A DNA stretch of 64,000 bases from Neocallimastix sp. 'constans'. Lineage: Eukaryota. This document shows positions 53,010-64,000 of this stretch, piece after piece. Positions within the stretch are counted from its first letter, which is position 1. Each line of letters begins with the position of its first letter. A program made the position numbers and the translations under genes. The stretch lies in NCBI GenBank assembly GCA_050613775.1, contig JBODTK010000011.1, forward strand, positions 186,001-250,000, read 5' to 3'. A model generated the notes under the pieces. It saw only the letters and a list, made by a program, of their open reading frames with translations, did no database searches and was not told the DNA's origin.

Positions 53010-54946
53010 TTAAATGAATTAAACAATTGTACCATAATTCAACTATTTCATCATCATCCAATCCAATACAAATTAATTTTTCTTCTTTATTTTTATAACA
53101 TTCAATTAAAGCCTTGATTTTATCAGTTTTATTAATGGTTTTTATTTTTTTTTTTAAAAAAAAAAACCTCTATTATAATCATTACCCGATAAGGATTCTT
53201 CTTTCTTTAATACTATTATAAATTTTTAAAAAGTAGGTTTTTTAGGGAAAAGATTTTTTAATTAATTATTATAAAATTCTAATGCACAATTTGTAATGTG
53301 TTCTCTATTATTATAATAATTCCAGTTATTTTCATTATATTTATTTAAATAGTTGACTTTAAAATATTCTAAAAATTCTAAAAAATTATTATATTCATTT
53401 TTTTTTTTTGCATCTATTTTTTATTTTTGAGTAAATGTGTGGTATTTAAATAGGGTTAATAAATGGAAAATTCAAAATAGCTTCATTATAAGTATATAAA
53501 TTATTATTATTATCAATTTTATTAGAACATGATCTGTTTTTTTGAATTTCAAATAATTTTTTAAAGTGCCAAACACAATATTTGATATTTATATCAGAAA
53601 AAAAAATTTTTTTTTTTATTTTTTGCTGTATTTGATATGCCTTTTTCAAAGTCACAATGAAAATTAATTGGAGAAATAACAATATTGTAATTAAATTTAC
53701 TTACGAAACATTATTTAAAGAAATAAAATAAAAAAAATGTAAGTGAATTGTTTTTTTTTTTATCTTTTAATATTGAAATGGAAGTAGTGTAAAAACTATT
53801 TACTTTTTTCAACATATGTTCTAGTAATGAACACTTGATAACTAAATTTTGGTGCAATATAAAATGTACCATCTGCAAATAAATCTTCACTATATTGTGT
53901 GAATAGTTTTTTGCTTGGAATGGGGGATTGAAAAATTATTAAATAAGGATTTTTGAAAATCCTAAAATTATCACCATTTTCTGTTTTATAATATTCTGAT
54001 TCCTCTGGAATTTCTTCAAAAGTTGTTATGTCAGGAAGTAATTGCTTATTTTAACTTCTTATTATATAAGTTCTAATGAGGTTAAATTCAGGACATGTTA
54101 ATCCCATGTCTTGAGAAATTTCATTTAATATACACTTTGGTCTAATATAATATCCAAAGAAAAAGGTCTTTTTTCTTATTGTTTCTTTAATTTTATTGGT
54201 TGATATAAATTAATTATAAAAATAAATGCATGTTAACAATTCTGTCTCTAACGTACTTTATTATAAAATATTTTTAAATAAATAAATAATAAATAATAAA
54301 TAATAAATAATAAATAATGAATAATAAATAATAAATAATGAATAATAAATGATAAATAATAAATTACTAAAAAGCTAAAGATATGATTATAATTTTATTT
54401 TTTAAATATTAAAAGTAAAATTATTTTTATAGATACTTTTAAAATCTATATAATAAATTTATTTATTATTCTAAAATTTTATTGGAAATGGAGGAAAACA
54501 TTAAAATTGAAATAAGTGAAACAAATTGAAGAAAAAAGCAAATTATTATTTACATAAAATATAAATTTAAATTTTCAAATGAAAAGAAAGATAATTCAAA
54601 GGTATATGGATATACTGAATATAGAACTTCAAATAAATGTAAATCTTATATTATTTTAAATGATAAGGTGAAGATCTTAGAATATGAAAGTTTTTCCTAT
54701 TGATTTAGATGCATCGTATTCTTTTTCAAGATGACTATGTAAACTTTCATATTCTAAGATCTTCACCTTATCATTTAAAATAATATAAGATTTACATTTA
54801 TTTGAAGTTCTATATTCAGTATATCCATATACCTTTGAATTATCTTTCTTTTCATTTGAAAATTTAAATTTATATTTTATGTAAATAATAATTTGCTTTT
54901 TTCTTCAATTTGTTTCACTTATTTCAATTTTAATGTTTTCCTCCAT
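53010..54946 (-). pseudogene. MULE B transposase, decayed and interrupted by an inverted duplication
   Basis: MEENIKIEISETN* from 54946; FADGTFYIAPKFSYQ near 53850-53880; KYCVWHFKK; homologous to the MULE A transposase. Confidence 0.88.
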
Positions 54947-55575
54947 TTCCAATAAAATTTTAGAATAATAAATAAATTTATTATATAGATTTTAAAAGTA
55001 TCTATAAAAATAATTTTACTTTTAATATTTAAAAAATAAAATTATAATCATATCTTTAGCTTTTTAGTAATTTATTATTTATCATTTATTATTCATTATT
55101 TATTATTTATTATTCATTATTTATTATTTATTATTTATTATTTATTATTTATTATTTATTATTTATTATTTATTATTTATTATTTATTATTTATTATTTA
55201 TTATTTATTATTTATTATTTATTATTTATTATTTATTATTTATTATTTATTATTTATTATTTATTATTTATTATTTATTATTTATTATTTATTATCTATT
55301 ATGTCTATTTTTTATTTATTATTTATTATTTATTATTTATCATTTATTATATATTATTTATTAATAAATACTCTTTTTATTATTTTATTATTTATTATTT
55401 ATTATTTATTATTTATTATTTATTATTTATTATTCATTATTTATTATTCATTATTTATTATTTATTATTTATTATTTATTATTTATTTATTTAAAAATAT
55501 TTTATAATAAAGTACGTTAGAGACAGAATTGTTAACATGCATTTATTTTTATAATTAATTTATATCAACCAATAA
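54193..55575. repeat. Long inverted repeat: arm 54193-54693, 47-nt spacer, arm 54741-55575
   Basis: The arms are reverse complements apart from ~330 bp of extra (TTATTAT)-type microsatellite in the right arm. Confidence 0.93.
55070..55490. repeat. (TTTATTA)n 7-bp microsatellite
   Basis: Long near-perfect array. Confidence 0.9.
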
Positions 55576-55783
55576 TTAATCTATAAGTAAATTAAATAAT
55601 GTTAACTAAGATATAAAAATATATAAATTTAATGTAAAATGATATATCTCTTTGAAATATATATCTTCATAATAAAAATTATTAATAAACATTTTATAAT
55701 ATTATTCATAACATAAAGTGCTTCGTTATATTATTTTTCTTAATCTAGTGTTTTTCTTAGTTTTATAAGTTTTGTTTTTGACA

Positions 55784-55797
55784 GATTAAGAGTCTCA
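55784..55797 (+). promoter_or_regulatory. Copia PBS complementary to the tRNA-Lys(CUU) anticodon arm
   Basis: GATTAAGAGTCTCA directly after LTR end ...TTGACA. Confidence 0.85.
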
Positions 55798-57073
55798 ACT
55801 CTTTATTTGAGCTATCAATAAAGCTAAGTTGAAATAAATAAAACATAACAACATTTTATCATTCATATTCAAACTAATAAAAATATATTTTTATTATTTT
55901 TATAATATTCAATATAAAAACAAAATGTAATAACCAATATCAATAAACAAATATTACAGAACAATGGTGAGAATGTTAAGGATATAAGATTTCAAATAAA
56001 GTATATATTGTAATAGTTAATAGTTATTATTAATTCTTTTAAAATATATATATATATATATAAATGCATTTTAAAATGTGATTGAAATAATCACATCTTT
56101 ACAATATATAATTATATAAATAAAATTATTATAAAATAAAATAAAAAAAATATTATTAAAATAAAAATAATAGACAACTAGTCCACCTAAGTTCAGAGAA
56201 TTATTGAAAATAAAAAAATTAATGGAAACTAGCTAAGTTGTAGATAAATGATAATAAATAAAAATAATTGTCAACTAGCTAGGTTGATTAAAAATAAAAA
56301 TAAAAATAAAAATAAATATCAACTAGTTAAGTTGTAAATAATTGACAATAAAATAAAAATAAAAATAAATATTAACTAGTTAAGTTGTAAATAATTGACA
56401 ATAAAATAAAAATAATTGACAACTAACTATGTTGAAAATAATTGAAAATAAATAATAATCATTTAAGTCATTATAACAAGGAATAATTAATGGAAAAAAC
56501 AATTCGTTTATTCAAGTTAAAATTAATCAATAAACAATACATAATTAAATATTCTTGACACATATAATATAAAAATTTATAACAAATCTAAAACATAAAC
56601 AAGATAAAACTATAATATATAAATTAATATTAATATATTAGCAATAATATAAAATATACAAATAGTAAACTAATAAGAGTAAACATATTCATGAAAAATA
56701 AATCATAACTAAATTAAATTAATATACAATAAAAGCAAATACATACATAGATACAGACAAAGTAATCTCAATAATATATATATACACAAAATAGAATTTG
56801 TTACTATTAATAGTACCCAATGAATTTAAATGTTTTATATTTCTTTTAATTTTATATACAAATCAAAGGACATATATAATATAAACAAAATTTATTTTTA
56901 ATATAAAATGTAATTTTAATATATAATTAATAAAATAATATATATAAAATAAAACATCCTAACACACAAAAATTTATTCTGGCATCAAACAATTTAAAAA
57001 ACAATTTAAAACAATGTTAAAAATTAAATATAAGATATATTACTAATTACTTCATTTTTTAATAAAAAATAAA

Positions 57074-60000
57074 ATGCCACCAGGAAGAATTAACCAAGTA
57101 ATTAATGTTGAAGCTACAGGAAAACCACCGAAAATAGTGAATTTCAATTACTCTGAAAATTTCAACAGAGTAATTGAATTAACAACTGAAAATTATCCTC
57201 AATGGAAAGGAAATATACTTTATATTTATTGGCCATAAATGATCTAGTGCTTTACTCCACTAAAGAAAAAAATAAGAAATTAAGAAAGAAAGATATCAAG
57301 GAGAATATATCAGACTACACGGAAGACCAATTTGACAATACATTAGTATATACTAAAAATACTAATGAAAATGACATTAACAACGATATTACCGCAAAAT
57401 GGATGATACTTAACACGTTGGGAGAAAAGACTCAAGAAATAGAAATGGAAAAACTGCTTATCATGTTTGGAAACTCTTAGAAAAATGTCATTCACTAAAT
57501 CAAAGGAATCTAGAAAGTTAGAACTAAAGAAAAAACTAAATGAGTTGAAGTTCGAAGAAGAACAAGATATAAACATATTTATGGCGGATTTACAAAACAC
57601 TATTGAAGAACTAGAAAAAGTAGATGAAGATCTAAACAGCAGTACAAAAGTCGGTACTTTGAATAGAGCACTACCAGATGACCTTCGCTTCATCAATGTG
57701 CTTCAATACAATAGTAATTGGGAAAAATGAACAAATTACGTAAAAGATGTAATACCACAAATCTTGTTATCCATACTGTAGACTTAATGGATAATAAAAA
57801 TGAACCAATAAAGTCTATAAATAAAGAATTAATCTGTTGGATCCTAGATTCAGGAGCTTCAATTAATATCACCAACAGACTAGATAAACTTACAAATATC
57901 AAATATTTCAATGAAAAAATATTTTTTGTGAATAATCAATCGATGATCATCAATAAAGTTGGCCCCTCCATAAGATACATTAATGAAAACGAATTTACAA
58001 TTGAAGATTTTTATTACTACACCATTAATTAATAAAAAATTTAATATCAATTGGAAACTTAATTAAACCAAATTATAAAATTTTACAAAACACCAATCAC
58101 AACAAATTGTATGTCACGATCTATGACAAATTCCAAAACAAAATCGTCAATATTATTTCAAATCCAAATAACACCTTCAGCATTTGGTTATATCAACTCA
58201 ACGTATATTTCTACATGACAATGATACCAGAAGCACAAATAATGAAATTAATTATATTAACATGAAGATTCCCAATAAATTAAATTTATGGCAACAGAAG
58301 GTTTAGTCACTTCGACATAAAACCAATTAAAAACAAATTACGCAAGACAGACATCAAATTAAAATGTTCCTCTATGTACTCAATCCAAGATTAAAAAATA
58401 AATCTTATTCAAGAAATATTAATACTACTAAGCATATTTTTGAACTGCTACACTTGGACTTGGTAGGTCCATTACCTGAAATCCCTTCACGGAAACAAAT
58501 ATTTCTTTACTATTTTAGATGATTACTCTAGATACGGATGGGTTCTCTCCCTTAAAGGTAAAGATGACACATTTTTCGCTTTTTATAAATGGTTCATCAA
58601 CGTAAAATAATTTGTACAATACTAGAATAAAAATATTTATGTTCTGATAATGGAAACGGAATTTCGCAATAATAACTTCAAGGAATTCTGTCAATCTTAC
58701 GGAATCATTCAACAACTTACTGTTCCACACAATTCTCAGCAAAATGGAAGAGCTGAGCGATTCAACGGAACTCTAATCTCGTACGCCAAAGTAATGCTTA
58801 ACAATGCTGAATTGAGTAAACATTTCTGGGAAGACGCCGTTCACACCTCAAATTATATACATAATCGACTACCACATCGCAGAATCAACAACATTATCCC
58901 ATACGAACGCCTAAACAAATACAAAGTAGATTACTCAAATATAAGAGAATTTGGATGTAAAGTCTATTACTACATCCCAAAATCCTATAGAACAATAATG
59001 CTTCTCCTAAGTATTTTTCTTGGCTACTCAGATAACCCCACTGCTTACAAAATTTTAGACACATCTACCCATAAAATAATACTCTCACATAGTGTTGAAT
59101 TTTGAGTCCAACCCTGGAGATTTTTATACGACTAATTGCTATACTGACTATCAAAATTTTATTCCCAATTATGAAATTTGGGGGAATAGCAGTTCTTATT
59201 ACAACAATAATGCTTACACGAAAAATCATCATAACATAAAGCCAGCATCAATATTTATTCCAAAAAATAGCATAAACAAAAAAACACAATCCCTTTCAAT
59301 AAACAATGAAAAGACCGAAATACTAATAACACTACTACTCAAAATACAACTAACAGCACAAGTCAACGCAAAGCTACCAGCACTACCAAAAAATAGTAAT
59401 ATCAATACTAATCAAAATACCACTACTAATACCACTCAAAACAATGATAACAACATCAACACTAATCAAACAAAAAAACAACAACCATCATTCAAATAAG
59501 AACTTTCGTTCTGAAACAAACGATATTAACATCAACAGTATTATAAGCAACCAAAACAATAAAGTTAAAAGAAACCGAACACCTAATACTAATAATACTT
59601 TAATTATGTAACAAACAAGTATTAAATAAAAATTTAAGAGAACCATTAGACTATGACTGACATATACAATCTCGAAGATCAATTGGTTTAATTCTGCTGA
59701 AAATGAATTTGGCAACTTGAGAGACCTAAAAAAGTTTATGAACAAGTAGATAAAGATGAAGTCCCAGAAGAAGCTAATATTATCAAATCCCAGACTAATA
59801 TTCAAGTACAAAAGAAACTCTAAAGGGGACATAGTCAAAAGAAAAACAAGGATTATTAGCAAAAGGGTTCACACAGCAGCATGGAATAGACTATTAAGAT
59901 ACATTTGCACCCACCTTAAAACTAGATTCAATAAGAATATTTACAGATATAGCATCAAGAAATAATTTCCAAATAAAACAAATAGATGTAAATGCTGTCT

Positions 60001-61200
60001 ATTTTTAAACGCTTATCTAAAGGAAGAAAAATATATGGAGCCTCCAAAGGGACAACCCGATTACAAGAAATATATCTGGAACCTGAAGAAAGCCATATAT
60101 GGTTTAAAAGCGAAGCGGAACGGAATGGAACAATGAATTAAATGGGCACCTACTAAAACATTGGCTTCAGAAGACTGACTGACTTGTGAACCAATGCATA
60201 TACTTTACAACAGACAAATTTAACAAGATTACATGCATCATAGCAGTTTATGTGGATGATATACTACTTACAGGTAACAAAGCAAAAATAGATCAAATCA
60301 AAAAAAAAAAAAAGATAAAAAATAAATTCAAAATAAAAAAGAAATTGAGAAAGTCAATTTCATGATGGGAATAAAATTTGTAAAGCACAAAGCCAATTAT
60401 TTCTTAAATCAAGAAAGATAAACAAACGATATAATTACCAAATATGGATTATTAAGAGCTACTCCTATTCGTAATATAACTCTAATTGAAAAGCGAAGAA
60501 TTAAAAAAAAAAAAGAAAATGAATGAAACTACTTATTGAAGTGCTATTGGAAGCTTATTATAACTTAGGTATCTGTACTAGGACTGATATATTATATGCA
60601 GTGTCCAAAGCGGGCACAAAAATCAAAAGAACCCAACTTGGAAGATTGGGAAGACTTAAAAACGAATATTAAAATATTTAAAGGGAACAATAAATTATGG
60701 TACTGACATATCAAGAAACTCCAATATCAAAGCTTTCCTAGATGCAGACTACGCTGAGGACACAAAAAACAAGAAGATCGACTACAGGATTCGTGATTAC
60801 AATAGGAGATTCACCTATTAGTTGGTGTTCAAAACTACGGCATTGGGTATCTACTTCCACAGCTGAGGCTGAATACTATAGTCTTAGCGAAGGTAGCAAA
60901 CATTGTATGTGGTACATAAACTTATTGAAGGAATTAAAATCCAACAATAGTGGTATTGAAGTCAACATAGACAATAAAGCTGCAATCTATAATGCAAAAA
61001 AAAAAAAAAAAAAACAATTGATTAATCCAAGAACAAAACATATGGACATAAGATGGCACTATGTAAGGGAATTAGTAAAGAACAATAAAATAATATTAAA
61101 ATACGTAAAATTTCAACATAATTTAGAAGATGGCTTTATGAAATTTCTAAATGGTACTTCCATGAATAAATTTAAAAATTCATTATTAACACAGGTATAG
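57074..61200 (+). pseudogene. Copia C gag-pol with many frameshifts; Gag C-terminus and zinc knuckle deleted
   Basis: ILDSGAS, ELLHLDL, QQNGRAER, VYVDDILL, STAEAEY, RTKHMDIR; homologous to copia A. Confidence 0.9.
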
Positions 61201-61916
61201 AACTTGGATATTTATTAAATTATTTTATAAAAAAACAATTATAACCTTAAAAAATTAGTTATAATTGTTGGGGAATGTTAGAGACAAAATTGTTAACATA
61301 CATTTATTTATATTATTAATTTATATTAACCAATAATTAATCTCTAAGTAAATTAAATAATGTTAACTAAGATATAAAAATACGAAATAAATTTAATGTA
61401 AAATGATATATCTCTTTTGAAATATATATCTTCATAATAAAAATTATTAATAAACATTTTATAATATTACCTATAACATAAAGTACTTCGTTATATTGTT
61501 TTTCTTAATCTAGTGTTTTTCTTGGTTTTATAAGTTTTGTTTTTGATGAAATATTTAAAGACTTATTTACTTATTTCAAAAATGTATTATTTATTTAATT
61601 AATTATTTAATTATTTATTTATTGGTTAAAAAAATTATATAATGTGGCAATTAATTAAAAATTTTTAAGCCACATTGTGATGTACAATTGCGAAATGCAC
61701 ATTTGAGAAATTCACACCTCTCATATTATATATGTATTAATAAATGGACATTTAAATTATTTAAATATCTATATATGTATATGTATATTTTTTAAATTAT
61801 ATTAACTAATTAAAAAAAAATAATAATACACTACGAAATAAGAAATGAAATAAAAAAAAAAAATAAAAAAAAAAAAATAAAAACTTAATATATTTAAGTT
61901 ATGAAGAACAGAGAAT

Positions 61917-61956
<40 letters not shown>

Positions 61957-62053
61957 AAGAAACAAAAGAAAACGAAAAAAGAAAATATGAATTTTAAATA
62001 ATTGTAATTTCTTTAATTTATAATAAATTTTATTTAAGAAAATAGAGTTTAAA

Positions 62054-63207
62054 TTAATGACCAGTTTTTGAATATTCAATAAATTTATAAAATTGTGCCA
62101 TATTATAAGATATATTGCTAATTATAGGTTTTATTATAGAATAATCTATTGTATGATTATTATCATCATCATCATATGTTTTATTATCATCATCATCATT
62201 ATATGCTTTATTATTATTATTATTATTGGTATTATTATTATTATTATTATTGATATTATTATTATTATCTAAATCTTCATTAATCATATATTCAAATTTT
62301 CTTTTTTTATTATTATTATTTTGAGATTCTTTAATATTTTGGGTATCTTTAGTTTTAATTGATTCAGGCTCCTTTTTTATATTATTAATAATTTCCTTGG
62401 TTGCAATTGTATCGTTGCTATCATAGCAGCTTTTCTTTTGGAAAACCTTTTTTAAGCGAGAAAATAGATTATCCAAAGTTATAATAGAATTATTTTGTTC
62501 ACAATGCTTTGCTAATATTTCTAAATTTACATTTTCTTCATCATCGGGAATATAAGTACTTCTCTTTCTTAAATATCTCTCTGTCTTAAAATATTTTGTT
62601 TCAGGTATTTTATCCTCATTAACATTGTTTGGACATTTCTCTATTTTGATATTCTTTGTTTCTGGTAATATATTTTTATTATCATAATCTTCAATTATGT
62701 AAATTTCATCGGATTGTTTTTCATTATTTATTTTTTTTTTTAAATATTTTTTGAAATATTCTTTTTTTTTCTATTTATTATGAATATAAAGAATAATTAA
62801 ATAATAAAAATATAATGAATAATATAATAAATAAATAAATAAATATTCAAATAATCAATAGATAAATAAATAAATAATCAAATAAATAAATAGATAGATA
62901 GATAAATAAGTAAATAAATAAATAATCAATTAAATAATAAAATAAATAAATAAATATAAAAATAAATAATTTAAACAAATATGGAAATAAATTTTTTTTC
63001 TATTACTTTTTCATATTTTTTTATATCTTCCAGAATTCTGTTCATATTTAATCTTAGGTTACTTTTTTTATGGAGAGATTCTACAAAATTTTCAATTCCT
63101 TCCATACTATTTTTAAACTAAAATATATATATATATATTTAAAAAAAAAAAAAAGAATATATAATTTATAATTTATTAATATTTTTTTAATTTTTTATTT
63201 TTTATTC

Positions 63208-63271
<64 letters not shown>

Positions 63272-63757
63272 TTTTTTTATTTTATTTTTTTTTTTTTTAA
63301 AAAAAAAAGATAACTAATTATTATTCATTACAATAGTAATTTCATTATTGGTATCAATTTTATAGAGAATTGGTCCCATGGTATAGTAATATTTATTTTC
63401 CTATGATTTTAATATTTTTTTTTTATTTTTATTTTTTTTTTTTTGATATTAAAAATATAATCGAAAATATTATTAATTATTAAATATGTAAATTTAATTA
63501 TTTAACTTTTTTTTTTATTTTTTTTTGTTAGACTGTATTAATAGTATTGATATTTTTACATTAGAATCATTTCCAACGCAATAAATTTCCATAAGGTCAA
63601 GATAGCTAATTTTATATTTATCAAACTTTTCTTTTGTAAATTTTCGAATATTTTTATGATCACGAATTTGAAGCTCACATAAAACCTATATATACATACA
63701 TACATATATTTATGATATAAATATATTTAAATAATAATTAAATAAGTTTAAATTTAA

Positions 63758-63795
<38 letters not shown>

Positions 63796-63985
63796 CATTC
63801 TTAATAAACAATAGAAAATAATAATTAGTTATTTGAATATTACTTTTAATATCTCCATTCTATCATCTGGAGTTGACTTTAAAATATTGTATAGACCTTT
63901 TTCAGGGACTAATGGATGATTTAATGGAAATTCGTTATCTATTATATATCCTAAAATTGTTGTCCATTTATATCTTTTGTAATAT
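62054..63985 (-). CDS. 3' exons of a spliced host gene, probable DDT/WHIM-domain ISWI-associated chromatin protein (5' end outside the window)
   Basis: GT-AG introns separate exons at about 63844-63985, 63560-63685, 63331-63400, 63006-63117 and 62054-62770; WHIM1-like TPDDRMEILKVLCELQI and WHIM2-like VGNDSNENKYYY. Confidence 0.6.
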
Positions 63986-64000
63986 TAAAATTTAATAATA

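Larger units (their letters stand above)
55515..61548 (+). mobile_element. Ty1/copia element C, decayed, inserted in MULE B upstream of its transposase
   Basis: LTRs at 55515-55783 and 61276-61548 (several percent diverged); imperfect TSD AAGTA/AAATA; PBS at 55784; PPT GGGGAA. Confidence 0.92.
44434..61722 (-). mobile_element. Mutator-like DNA transposon B, hosting MULE A and copia C
   Basis: Flanking duplication (TC)ATATTATAT at 44423-44433 and 61721-61731; TIR motif CATTTCGCAATTGT...AATGTGGCTTAAAAA on the left (split by MULE A) and its reverse complement at ~61658-61700; decayed transposase on the minus strand. Confidence 0.8.

Overview
Extremely AT-rich eukaryotic DNA. The composition, short AT-rich introns and CBM18/ricin-lectin remnants suggest an anaerobic gut fungus (Neocallimastigomycota); this is inference. 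About two thirds of the window is nested transposons: four Ty1/copia elements or remnants, three Ty3/gypsy elements or fragments plus two extra gypsy-type LTRs, and two nested Mutator-like (MULE) elements. Probable host genes are a ~3,000-aa Asn-rich repeat protein (33.6-43.1 kb, -) and the 3' part of a spliced WHIM/DDT-like chromatin gene (62-64 kb, -). Highlights: (1) three copia elements share a primer-binding site complementary to the anticodon arm of tRNA-Lys(CUU), implying half-tRNA priming with a non-Met tRNA; (2) the gypsy elements show a Tf1-like self-priming signature; (3) decayed large-DNA-virus-like genes (a D6/D11-type helicase and a possible SSB) flank a retroelement nest, followed by a precursor with a KR site, a fusion-peptide-like segment and 11-aa repeats; (4) a MULE contains a ~0.5-kb inverted duplication resembling maize Mu killer; (5) a 4.6-kb compound satellite lies inside a MULE. 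All calls were made by eye without database searches, and boundaries of decayed features are approximate.
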